Below, one piece after another: positions 9,661 through 19,202 of a DNA stretch of 64,000 bases. Positions within the stretch are counted from its first letter, which is position 1; every line of letters starts with the position of its first letter. The notes beneath the pieces were generated by a model. The model was not told where the DNA came from and did not search any database. It saw only the letters and a program-made list of their open reading frames with translations. Origin of the DNA: Candidatus Iainarchaeum sp. (GTDB lineage: Archaea > Iainarchaeota > Iainarchaeia > Iainarchaeales > JAGVWC01); the NCBI GenBank assembly GCA_018304465.1, contig JAGVWC010000008.1:108096-172095 (forward strand), in the 5' to 3' direction. The position numbers and the translations under genes are program-made.

Positions 9661-11379
9661 ATGCGGGGAAAAATCCTATTGATTTTACTTTGCCTGTTGC
9701 TTCTAGCGTCTCCCCTGCTGGCCAAATCGTATTCCATCACCAACGCCAGCATCAAAATGCAAATCCACGACGACGCCAGCATCGACGCGGATGAAACACT
9801 CACGTTTCTTTTTTCCGGGCAATACACGTTTGCATACCGCGATATTCCCAATGGCTCCTGGCACATATCCGAGATTTCCGTGACCGAAAACGAAACACCC
9901 GTTCCATTCACCGTCACCCCAATCAACAACCAAACCCGCATTCGCTGGACCTACACCGCAAACTCGGAAATCCGCACGTTCACGATCCATTACCGATTGG
10001 AAAACGCGATCAAAGCGTATTCCGACGTCGCCGAACTCAACTGGAAAGTATGGGGCGACAACTGGGAAGTTCCCGTCACCAACCTGTACGGAGAAATCAT
10101 TCTTCCAAAACCCGTTTCGGACGCCAAACAAGTGTACTCCTGGGGGCACCCCAAAATCGAAGGAAAAATGGGGCTTGAAAACAACCAAAAACTCATCTTC
10201 CAAACACTGTACGCTCCCGCCAACCAATGGGTCGAAATCCGAATGGCGTTTCCACGCGAACTCTTGACCACCGTCACCTACGCGCAAACCGAAAATTCGC
10301 CCGGACTCCAAAAAATCGAAAGCGAGGAAAAACAATTCGCGCTTTACGACAGCTTATCCATTTTTCTCATTCCGCTCTTGATTCTTGCATTCATCGGGTT
10401 CCTCATCTGGACGTATTTATCGTTCGGAAAAGATCCCGAAGTTTCGTATCACGCGATTTATGAACGCGAACCACCGTACGAATACGGTCCCGCCATCGTG
10501 CAAGCGCTCAGCCGCGATTTTAGTCACACGCCGGATTCCAAAAGCTTTGTCGCCGAAATGTTTTACCTCGCGTGGCTTGGATACCTGCAATTCGAAAAAA
10601 TACCCAAAGAAAAAATCCTCGGCGTGTTCGGACGCGACTACGATTACAACGTCCGATACGCGAATCCCAAAAAACCCGTTTCCCTATCCGACAGCCAAAA
10701 TCACTTGCTGTCACTCCTCAAAAAATACACCGACAACCAAAACCCCTTCGCGTTCTCCAAATTCGAAGAAAAAACACGCCAACAAACAGGGGAATTCCAA
10801 AAAGACTTCAAAGCCTGGCAAAAACTCGTTGAAACCGAAGCCAAAAAAATGGATTTTTTCGAAAAAAAATCCGGACTCAAACGACTCATCGTCGGAACCC
10901 TGGCGTTCATTATTGCGCTGGCAATACTCGTCCCCGCCGGAGCCATTTTCTTAATCTGGATTTCGTTTCTGGCGTTCCCGGTATTTGCGCACATCATTTC
11001 CAAACGCACGGAAAAAGGAACGCTTCATCACAAACAATGGGAAAACTTCAAAAAATTCCTAAACGATTTTTCGCAAATCAAACAATACCCCCCTGAATCC
11101 CTCGTGCTGTGGGAAAAATACCTCGTGTACGCCATCGGGTTCGGAATCGCGGACAAAGTCGCCCAATACATGAAACTGTTGGTGTCTGAACGCGAACTCA
11201 CCAACAGCGCCATTTTCGTCGGCGGATACCACGGCGGATGGAACGACGTCAACGCCTTTGCCCAAAGCGCGGTCGCCTACGCTCCGTCCTTTGCAACGGC
11301 CAGCGGAACCAGCGGCAGCGGCGGATTCGGCGGAGGAGGCGGCGGAGGAGGCGGCGGGGGCGGCGGAGGCGCCGGATAA
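9661..11379 (+). CDS. DUF2207-family membrane protein with C-terminal poly-glycine tail
   Basis: Signal peptide, large extracellular domain, TM helices, and SGSGGFGGGGGGGGGGGGGGAG terminus typical of DUF2207/COG4907. Confidence 0.6.
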   Translation: MRGKILLILLCLLLLASPLLAKSYSITNASIKMQIHDDASIDADETLTFLFSGQYTFAYRDIPNGSWHISEISVTENETPVPFTVTPINNQTRIRWTYTANSEIRTFTIHYRLENAIKAYSDVAELNWKVWGDNWEVPVTNLYGEIILPKPVSDAKQVYSWGHPKIEGKMGLENNQKLIFQTLYAPANQWVEIRMAFPRELLTTVTYAQTENSPGLQKIESEEKQFALYDSLSIFLIPLLILAFIGFLIWTYLSFGKDPEVSYHAIYEREPPYEYGPAIVQALSRDFSHTPDSKSFVAEMFYLAWLGYLQFEKIPKEKILGVFGRDYDYNVRYANPKKPVSLSDSQNHLLSLLKKYTDNQNPFAFSKFEEKTRQQTGEFQKDFKAWQKLVETEAKKMDFFEKKSGLKRLIVGTLAFIIALAILVPAGAIFLIWISFLAFPVFAHIISKRTEKGTLHHKQWENFKKFLNDFSQIKQYPPESLVLWEKYLVYAIGFGIADKVAQYMKLLVSERELTNSAIFVGGYHGGWNDVNAFAQSAVAYAPSFATASGTSGSGGFGGGGGGGGGGGGGGAG

Positions 11380-11418
11380 AACCAAACCCTAAAAAACACA
11401 CAGCACCTAAAAGAATAC

Positions 11419-12282
11419 ATGCCCGGCAAGCCTCGAAAAACAATCCCTGGTTTTCTCTCGCTACACGAGCTTGCGATCCGCGCCAAACAAAAAGGAAACC
11501 CGATCAGTGTCACGGGATTCAAACGCGCGCTCCGCGAAGGAAAACTGGTGGCCGACGCCTACGAAAACCGACGCTACAAGCCAGGCCCCTTGTTTTTTAC
11601 CCGACGCGAAAACGAATGGATTTTAAAAGCCCCCAAACCCAATCAAGAAATTTCTAACGGGTATACCACGACCCACCACTTGCTGGCGGAAGCAAACAAA
11701 ATCCGCGGAAACATTTACCTTCCCCACATCCAACAATTTCTAAAAGAACTGCAATCAACACAACCCGAACTCGCTGCCCAAATGCGGGTTGAAACCAACG
11801 GAAAACGAAAACGCCTTATCATCCCCCAAGCCATTGCCGACCAGTTCCTCGAACGCGTCAGAACCAACCAGTTATCCGGACTCTTCCGACAATACGGAAG
11901 CCTCCATCGCGGACAACGCAACCCGAAAAAACCGCCTTCCCCTGACGCCCCAACGCCAAAACCCGCACCCAGTCCAACACCCGTTCCACCGACACCCGAA
12001 CCCAATACTCCGATTCCCCATCCGTCGGCTCCAACACCCAAAATTCACGGCCCACTTACCACCGCGGAATTTCTACAACTCGAATCGCGTTTCAATCGCC
12101 CCGTGGTACAAATGCGCATCGCGCAGGATGTGCAGCAACTCGGATCCTCACGCACCATTGAGGAAACCGCGCGACTATTAGGCACGACGGTCGGAACCGT
12201 TCACCAATTGGTGGAAACCGGAAAACTCGAAAAAAAACCAAACAGCAAAATACCGATTCAAAGCATCCAGCGACTGCTTTAA
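11419..12282 (+). CDS. Hypothetical proline-rich protein with C-terminal HTH-like segment
   Basis: PSPDAPTPKPAPSPTPVPPTPEPNTPIPHPSAPTP linker, then TIEETARLLGTTVGTVHQLVETGKL resembling excisionase/MerR-type HTH. Confidence 0.45.
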   Translation: MPGKPRKTIPGFLSLHELAIRAKQKGNPISVTGFKRALREGKLVADAYENRRYKPGPLFFTRRENEWILKAPKPNQEISNGYTTTHHLLAEANKIRGNIYLPHIQQFLKELQSTQPELAAQMRVETNGKRKRLIIPQAIADQFLERVRTNQLSGLFRQYGSLHRGQRNPKKPPSPDAPTPKPAPSPTPVPPTPEPNTPIPHPSAPTPKIHGPLTTAEFLQLESRFNRPVVQMRIAQDVQQLGSSRTIEETARLLGTTVGTVHQLVETGKLEKKPNSKIPIQSIQRLL

Positions 12283-12346
12283 GCGACCGACCAAGACCCT
12301 TTTTTTAATGCCTTCGGAGGCCAAAATCAGTACAAAAAGGATCTTT

Positions 12347-15300
12347 ATGGGCTTAGGCGACCAATTACGCGACGCAATGGAAAAACTGCGAAAAAGCACG
12401 TTTTCCGACCGCGACGAAATCAAAAGCATCGTCAAATCCATGCAACGCGCACTGATTTCAGCCGACGTACCCGTCAAACTCGTGCTCGAAGTATCCAAAA
12501 AAATCGAAGACGCCGCGTTCTCCGAACTTGCACCCGGACTCAACCGCCGCGAACACGTATTGAAAAACGCGTACGACAACCTCGCCGAAATACTCGGAGG
12601 ACAAACCAAACCCCCCCAAAACCCCAAACGCATTCTCATGGTCGGATTGTTCGGCTCCGGAAAATGCGTTCATCCTTTGACGATTGTGCCGACTGCGAAC
12701 GGGTGCGTTGAAACAATCCAAAAAATATACGAGAAAAACCCGGAAACGGAATTGACGCTCGAAGACGGATTTGTGAAAGAGTTGTCGAATCCGATCGAAG
12801 TTTTCTCGCTTAATCCACTCAACTTGAAAATGACAAGGGGAACAGTTTCACACATCTGGAAATTAAAAAAAGACAAATCCCTATACAAAGTCGCACTAGA
12901 CAACGGAAACAATCACGCAGTAATTGTCACACCGGAGCACCCGTTTTTTGTACTTGAAAACGCCCATATTAAAAAAACCAAAGCCGAGGAACTCACCGCG
13001 GGCGCATTTGTTGCGACACCAAGACAACTTCCTCTGCCAGAAAAACAAATCCCAATTAAGTACCTAGAGCAAAATCTTCCGCAGTCCTTTCAAGTGGTCT
13101 GCCCGGAACTGATAAATGAAGCCAAACAGTTTATGATCGCAAAATTTCATTCACTCACGAACGCATTTAACATTCTCGGAGAAGACTATGCGTATTGTAC
13201 ATTCACTGCAAACCTGAAGCGCGGGATATTGCGATTCTCAACTTTAAAAAAACTGAGGAATCAAGGGTTTGAGCCAAATGGAACACAGGAGATAAAGTTG
13301 AAAGAATTTGGCACGGGAGCGCGAACAATCCAGGTACCTAACCAACTAACGACCGAAATGGCGGAATTCATGGGGTATTTTTTTGCAGACGGCCATATGA
13401 GAAAGGAATATGTTGAAATTACCAACGAATCGAATGAAATACTCGATCGGATAGAAAAAATTGGAATGCGACTATTCCAGAAAAAACCGTGTCGAAAACA
13501 AGACAAGAGAAACGCTAACGTAAAACAAATCCTGTTCTGCTCAGGAGTCTTGACCAAGGCGCTTAACACGGTTTTTGGATTTCCATATTTTAAAAAAAGT
13601 GACATCATTCGCATACCCCCCATGATTTTGCAGGCGACAAAGGAAAATAAGTATGCCTTTTTGCAGGCATACTTTGACTGCGACGGCTACGTGTCAAAAA
13701 ACACTCGTCAGATAGAATTTTGCACTGCGAGTCCCCTCTTTGCTGAAGACCTGCGAATACTGCTCACAAGCCTTGAGATGCAGCCAAATTATAGCAAAAA
13801 GAAAATCAAGGACAAATATTACTACCGCGTCTGTATCAAATGCAAGGACGTGGAAACCTTCTTTCAGCGAGTAGGATCCCGAATTCCTTTCAAGCAAAAA
13901 CGCCTTGCGGGAATGTCTGAAATCGGAGTCGGCCAAACACTTGGAAAAAATGAATTGCTCCATGTCGGCCAATCCATCCGAGACGTTCGAAACCAACAGG
14001 GTGCAACCATTGGAGACATACAGCACCATGTTGGTTCCTACGGAATATACGAACAAGAAGGATTGATATCCCGCAATTCTCTTAAAAAATTCATTGAAGC
14101 GATCACGACTAAAACAAAAAACAAGAACAATCAGATACTCCAAAACACAATTCAACCGAAAAAACTGAATGAGTTAAGCACTGCGTTTCAAGAACCGCTT
14201 GGCTGGGTCAACGCCAATGTTTTTCGCCTGAAAGAACTTGGATTTGTCACATATTCCAACGGGGAAGTACAAACAACCGAACTCGGAAAGCAACTGCTTG
14301 AAAAAAACCAAAAAGACGAAGGGCTAGAACTTAAAAAACTAGAGTTGCTTGCCCATTCAGACATCACATGGATGAAAGTCAAGAAGATCGAGCTCGTTGA
14401 CAACACGGAATACGTGTACGACCTCACAGTTGATGAATACCATAACTTTGTTGCTAACCAGTTTATTGTACACAATACCACCACTTCCGGAAAACTCTGT
14501 CACTATTACCAAAAACGCGGAAAAAAAGTCGGACTGATCGCCGCGGACACGTTTCGACCCGCGGCCATGGAACAACTTGAACAAATCGCCAAAAAAATCA
14601 ACGCCACCGTCATCCTTGACAAAAACGAAACCAAACCCGAAAAAATAATCCAACAAGGATTACAACGCGAAAAAGAATTCGATTTGCTTATCTGCGATTC
14701 CGCCGGACGCAACGCGCTTGATTCCGAATTAGAACAAGAAATCAAAACCATCAACCAAACCTTCAAGCCCGACCAAGCCTGGCTCGTGCTCGGCGCGGAC
14801 CTCGGACAAATCGCCGGAACCCAAGCCAAAGCGTTTCACGACGCGGTCGGCGTCAACGGCGTGATCGTCACGCGCATGGACGGAAGCGCCAAAGGCGGCG
14901 GAACACTCGCGGCCTGCCGCCAAACCAACAGCCCCGTGTACTTTATCGGAACCGGCGAAAAAACATCCGACCTCGAAGAATTCGACGCGGTGCGATTCCT
15001 GTCCCGCATCATGGGATACGGAGACCTCCAATCGCTTTTGGAAAAAGCCCAAGAAGCCGCACAAGACACCGACATGGGACTCGAAGAACTGCTCGAACAC
15101 GACTACACCCTGGAAACGTTTTACAAACAACTCGAAGCCACCAACAAAATCGGCACCATGGACAAAATCATGGAAATGGTCGGAATGAAACAACAACTCC
15201 CAAAAGAAGCGGCGGAACAAGGACAAAAAAAACTCGAACAATTCCGGTTCATGATGCAAAGCATGACCAAAAAAGAAAAACAAAACCCCGATCTGATCAA

Positions 15301-15505
15301 TTCCAGCCGAATTCGCCGCATCGCCCGCGGAAGCGGCAACACCCAGGAAAACGTGCGCGAATTGCTCAAACAATACAAGCGAATGAAAAACGCGTTCAAA
15401 CAACTCAAAGGACTCGACGAAAAAAAACTACAACAAGGAATGGACATGAAAAAACTGCAGGAAATGTTTTCCCCGAAAAAAAAGAAAAAACTCCGTTTCC
15501 GCTAA
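12347..15505 (+). CDS. srp54: Signal recognition particle protein SRP54 interrupted by an intein (start could also be 12308)
   Basis: N domain, then G-domain P-loop split as GLFGSGK|C...VHN|TTTSGKL; downstream AADTFRPAAMEQLE, DSAGR, TRMDGSAKGG, M domain rich in Met. Extein reading frame preserved. Confidence 0.9.
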   Translation: MGLGDQLRDAMEKLRKSTFSDRDEIKSIVKSMQRALISADVPVKLVLEVSKKIEDAAFSELAPGLNRREHVLKNAYDNLAEILGGQTKPPQNPKRILMVGLFGSGKCVHPLTIVPTANGCVETIQKIYEKNPETELTLEDGFVKELSNPIEVFSLNPLNLKMTRGTVSHIWKLKKDKSLYKVALDNGNNHAVIVTPEHPFFVLENAHIKKTKAEELTAGAFVATPRQLPLPEKQIPIKYLEQNLPQSFQVVCPELINEAKQFMIAKFHSLTNAFNILGEDYAYCTFTANLKRGILRFSTLKKLRNQGFEPNGTQEIKLKEFGTGARTIQVPNQLTTEMAEFMGYFFADGHMRKEYVEITNESNEILDRIEKIGMRLFQKKPCRKQDKRNANVKQILFCSGVLTKALNTVFGFPYFKKSDIIRIPPMILQATKENKYAFLQAYFDCDGYVSKNTRQIEFCTASPLFAEDLRILLTSLEMQPNYSKKKIKDKYYYRVCIKCKDVETFFQRVGSRIPFKQKRLAGMSEIGVGQTLGKNELLHVGQSIRDVRNQQGATIGDIQHHVGSYGIYEQEGLISRNSLKKFIEAITTKTKNKNNQILQNTIQPKKLNELSTAFQEPLGWVNANVFRLKELGFVTYSNGEVQTTELGKQLLEKNQKDEGLELKKLELLAHSDITWMKVKKIELVDNTEYVYDLTVDEYHNFVANQFIVHNTTTSGKLCHYYQKRGKKVGLIAADTFRPAAMEQLEQIAKKINATVILDKNETKPEKIIQQGLQREKEFDLLICDSAGRNALDSELEQEIKTINQTFKPDQAWLVLGADLGQIAGTQAKAFHDAVGVNGVIVTRMDGSAKGGGTLAACRQTNSPVYFIGTGEKTSDLEEFDAVRFLSRIMGYGDLQSLLEKAQEAAQDTDMGLEELLEHDYTLETFYKQLEATNKIGTMDKIMEMVGMKQQLPKEAAEQGQKKLEQFRFMMQSMTKKEKQNPDLINSSRIRRIARGSGNTQENVRELLKQYKRMKNAFKQLKGLDEKKLQQGMDMKKLQEMFSPKKKKKLRFR
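12665..14476 (+). mobile_element. Intein in SRP54 P-loop (604 aa) with LAGLIDADG homing endonuclease domain
   Basis: Starts with Cys after GSGK, ends VHN before Thr+1; internal dodecapeptide motifs MGYFFADGHM and LQAYFDCDGYV. Confidence 0.85.
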
Positions 15506-15981
15506 GTCTTAATCAGACGCGCCACGACATACGTCCAAACCAAAAAAATGGCCAGGGACTCGACCGCCCATTCCAAAATCAACAACAACGGCAGATTGAT
15601 TAACAGCAACAACGACGCCGTATACGGAACAATGCTTAGTCCGAACACCAGCGACGAAAAACTAATCGTGGCTCGCGACGGATTCTTGGTGTCGATCACC
15701 GGCCGCACCCAGGAAAACAACGCGAAAAACATGGCGCCCAACCCAAAATTAACCACAAAACTCAGCACAAAAAACGATACCGGTGGCGCCGCGTTAGAGG
15801 GCATCATCAGCGGACTCCACACCCCAAAAAAAGCAGGATCCAAATAATACGACATGGTCAACAACGCGCCGATCATGCGCACGACCTGGCCGATGACGGC
15901 AAACGCGATTCCCGCCCAAAACGCGGAACTCCAGTTAAACCCTTTGAAAGCGATTTTGATTTCACCGGTTTTTGGCGCCAT
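15502..15981 (-). CDS. Hypothetical integral membrane protein (4 predicted TM helices)
   Basis: 159-aa hydrophobic ORF; no motif recognised. Confidence 0.45.
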   Translation of the reverse strand: MAPKTGEIKIAFKGFNWSSAFWAGIAFAVIGQVVRMIGALLTMSYYLDPAFFGVWSPLMMPSNAAPPVSFFVLSFVVNFGLGAMFFALFSWVRPVIDTKNPSRATISFSSLVFGLSIVPYTASLLLLINLPLLLILEWAVESLAIFLVWTYVVARLIKT

Positions 15982-16100
15982 ATTTTCCAGTACTAAAATC
16001 CAAAATATAAAGGTATCGAAACCATCGCTTCAAGGTTTTCAACAGCCAGCCAGTACGCTAAAATAAAAGCCTTTTTGCCTTCAATCCCAGCGAACCCCAC

Positions 16101-16925
16101 ATGGATTTGCTCATCATCGAAAAAGCGATCGTTGGAATCGCCACCGCCATCGCCGCATACACCGATTACAAAACCGGCTACATTTACGACTGGATCACGA
16201 TTCCACTCGTCGTCATCGGCGCGATTCTACGCATCTGGCAACAAGACTGGATCGGACTCGGCCTTGGCATCGGCGTGTTCGTTTTCCTGTACGCCTTGTA
16301 CTACACCGGAAAACTCGGCGGCGGCGACGTCAAACTATTCTCCGGAATCACGCTCGTCATCCCGACACTCGAAGGACAATTCTTTTTGTTTAACGTATTG
16401 TTTTTTGCGGCCGCAAGCGCGCTTGGATTCTATTCTCTGTATTACTTGTTTCGCATCTGGAAAGAAAAAATAAAAATCGACTGGAAAGAAAACCACGACC
16501 AGGTCCGCATGGCGTTTCTGTTGGGCGTATTCTCGGTTACGTTTCTTGGACTCATGATTTTCACCCACGCCTTGTCGCTTTACGTCGGAATCGCGATACT
16601 CGCATTGTTTTTACTCGCATGTATCTACATCGGCGTCGAACACACCGTCAAGAAAAACTTTTTTCTCGAACACGTCGGCCTGGAAAAACTCGAAGAAGAC
16701 GAAATCATCGCAACAGAGTTTTTAACCAAAGAACAACTTGAAAAAAGCGGACTCAACCTCAAAAAAATCGTTGGAGAAACCGAAAAACAAAAACTCGAAA
16801 AACTCGGAATCACGAAAGTGCCGGTGTACCGAAACGCGCCCCGCTTTGGACCGTTCATTTTCGTCGGAACCCTGATCGCGCTCGCGGTACCAGAGTTTTT
16901 CTCGATCCTGTTTTTTTCATTCTGA
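16101..16925 (+). CDS. Type IV prepilin / preflagellin peptidase (A24 family, FlaK/PibD-like)
   Basis: Two catalytic Asp boxes AYTDYKTGYIYD and GGGDVKLFSG within polytopic membrane protein. Confidence 0.7.
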   Translation: MDLLIIEKAIVGIATAIAAYTDYKTGYIYDWITIPLVVIGAILRIWQQDWIGLGLGIGVFVFLYALYYTGKLGGGDVKLFSGITLVIPTLEGQFFLFNVLFFAAASALGFYSLYYLFRIWKEKIKIDWKENHDQVRMAFLLGVFSVTFLGLMIFTHALSLYVGIAILALFLLACIYIGVEHTVKKNFFLEHVGLEKLEEDEIIATEFLTKEQLEKSGLNLKKIVGETEKQKLEKLGITKVPVYRNAPRFGPFIFVGTLIALAVPEFFSILFFSF

Positions 16926-16926
16926 A

Positions 16927-18000
16927 TCAAAAAATGGTTTCTTCCGGAACAAACGTCGCGCCTTGACAAAAAATCTCGCCGGGTTCGTTGACTTTTCCCG
17001 TGACCTCAAAACGGCAATCCAACAGTTTTTCGCAAACATCAATGTTGGAAAACACGTGCTCGTCCAGTTGGGTAACTGACAATTTCGATTTTCCCTTGGC
17101 CAATGCCATGAAAGGAACCAACTGATCCGCCAAAAACATATCCACGGGCCGATGAAGATCCAATTGGTTTAATAATTTTTTAGCCGCTTCCAGCCCCACG
17201 GCCTCCGCGGTTTTTCCTGTCAAACCCAACGCACTTGCGGACAACACCGCACCCGAAGAAAAACGCGCAAACAACGACAAACCCGACCCTTTCGAATACC
17301 CGTTTTCTTTTGCCGAAACTTCTTCCACAAAATCCACGTTCAAAGCAGAAAGCGCTTTTTTGGCCGAAAGCACTTGACGATTCGCCACCGTCGATGGAAG
17401 AGAAGAACAATGCGAAACCAAGGAAACCGACTGCAACGAACCCGCTTCTTGCAAGGAAACGGGCTTTAAGGGAAACACGGCGGGTCGCGTTGAAAAAATC
17501 ACCGCGCCGCGTCCTTTGGGATAATACCCTCTGGCCGACAACTCCGCTTCACATTTGACGCCCATTCGTTTTAGCACCGGAAACAACACCCACTCCAAAA
17601 ACTCGATCGGAGGCGACCACGGAACGTTTGTTCCACCGGTTAATCGCAATTTATTCTTCACCAAAAGAGAAGGAATCAGGACCGATTCCAGCAACAGCGA
17701 AACGCTTCCCGCGGTTCCGGTATTGGCCACGAGTTGTGACGCCACCAGCTTTTGGGGTTCAAACAAAACCGTCTGCGAATTCAACACCGCGCCCTGCACT
17801 TTGCCGGCACACAATTGAGAAAGCAACTGCACCGCCGTCAAATGCTGCGGCTGCAACCCCGGTTTTTCGCGAAGCAAACGAATTTTTTCAATTTTAACCG
17901 GCTTTTGAGTCAAGGCACTTAACCCGATGGCGGAGCGAAGCACTTGGCCGCCTTTCGAGCCATCGATCAAAATTGGTTCCATCGTTCTTCCCCGTTCCAA
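16927..18000 (-). CDS. rtcA: RNA 3'-terminal phosphate cyclase
   Basis: ILIDGSKGGQVLRSAIGLSALTQKPVKIEKIR N-terminal signature of RtcA; 357 aa. Confidence 0.75.
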   Translation of the reverse strand: MERGRTMEPILIDGSKGGQVLRSAIGLSALTQKPVKIEKIRLLREKPGLQPQHLTAVQLLSQLCAGKVQGAVLNSQTVLFEPQKLVASQLVANTGTAGSVSLLLESVLIPSLLVKNKLRLTGGTNVPWSPPIEFLEWVLFPVLKRMGVKCEAELSARGYYPKGRGAVIFSTRPAVFPLKPVSLQEAGSLQSVSLVSHCSSLPSTVANRQVLSAKKALSALNVDFVEEVSAKENGYSKGSGLSLFARFSSGAVLSASALGLTGKTAEAVGLEAAKKLLNQLDLHRPVDMFLADQLVPFMALAKGKSKLSVTQLDEHVFSNIDVCEKLLDCRFEVTGKVNEPGEIFCQGATFVPEETIF

Positions 18001-18243
18001 CCAGTACTATTTTAGGCACTGAAAAGTAATATATGCACTACCGGTGCCAACGAACATGCAACGCGAACAACAACGCAGTGGATGGGTTATTCTCGTGGTA
18101 ATCCTCGCGATTGCCGGACAAACCCTGATCACCGACCTTGACGAATGGACCCCCAAAGCGAGTCATCTCAAGAAAAACCCTTAAAACACCAAAACAACCA
18201 TTAAATACTTAATTTCCCAAATCCAATTAAAACAGGTGAAAAA

Positions 18244-19161
18244 TTGAAAATACTCGTAACCGGAAGCAACGGACTCGTCGGAAGCGAAGTCGCCAAACTA
18301 TTACGACAAAAAAACATCGAAGTCATCGAATACGCAATTCAAAACAAAGACGACATTTCCGACGAAGAAAAACTCAAGAAAAAAACAAGCCGCTGCGACG
18401 CCGTGATTCACCTCGCCGCGATTCTGGACGAAAACGCATCGCACGAAACCCTTTGGAAAACCAACGTCGACGGAACCAAAAACGTTCTTGAAGCCTGCGC
18501 CGCCAACCGCGTGCCGCGATTACTGTTCGCAAGCACAGTGGGCGTCTACGGATCCCAAAGCGGATCCAAAACCGAAGAAACGCCCGTCCAACCCGAAACC
18601 GAATACGAAAAAAGCAAAACCGAAGCCGAAAAACTCGTGGTCTCCTACCAAGAACTGGTTCCGTACACGATTCTTCGCAGCGCCCTTGTGATCGGCCCCA
18701 ACACGTACTGGCAACAAATCGTTTCCATCGTGAAAAAAAACATTCCATTAATTGGGACCGGCGCCAACACCTGGCAAACGATTTACTACAAAGACCTTGC
18801 CAACGCGATTGTGTTCTTTTTATTTTTGGACACGGCCGAAAACGAAACCATTCTTGTTGCCAGCGAAGAAAAACCCCGCTTGATTGAAATCGTCGAAACC
18901 CTGCGAAGCCAACTCGGACTCCAAAACCCCGCCCCCACCGTCTCCGAATTCGTCGGAAAAATCATGGCCACGTTGCTTGGAATCTGGTTCGCGATTCAGG
19001 GCAAACCCAACATTCTATCCGAAAGCCACATCAAACGACTGCTGCGCGAACGAAATTACGATTTAACCAAAGCCCACGCATACGGATGGAAAGCCAAATA
19101 TACCTACCAAAAAGCCCTCAAAGAAAGCATTCAAGCCATACAAACCGATGCCAAAGAATAA
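18244..19161 (+). CDS. NAD-dependent epimerase/dehydratase family protein
   Basis: MKILVTGSNGLVGSEVAKLL Rossmann motif; YxxxK region present. Confidence 0.7.
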   Translation: MKILVTGSNGLVGSEVAKLLRQKNIEVIEYAIQNKDDISDEEKLKKKTSRCDAVIHLAAILDENASHETLWKTNVDGTKNVLEACAANRVPRLLFASTVGVYGSQSGSKTEETPVQPETEYEKSKTEAEKLVVSYQELVPYTILRSALVIGPNTYWQQIVSIVKKNIPLIGTGANTWQTIYYKDLANAIVFFLFLDTAENETILVASEEKPRLIEIVETLRSQLGLQNPAPTVSEFVGKIMATLLGIWFAIQGKPNILSESHIKRLLRERNYDLTKAHAYGWKAKYTYQKALKESIQAIQTDAKE

Positions 19162-19202
19162 AGAATTAAAACAATCCCCGCATAAAAGGATAGAAAAAAA
19201 CT

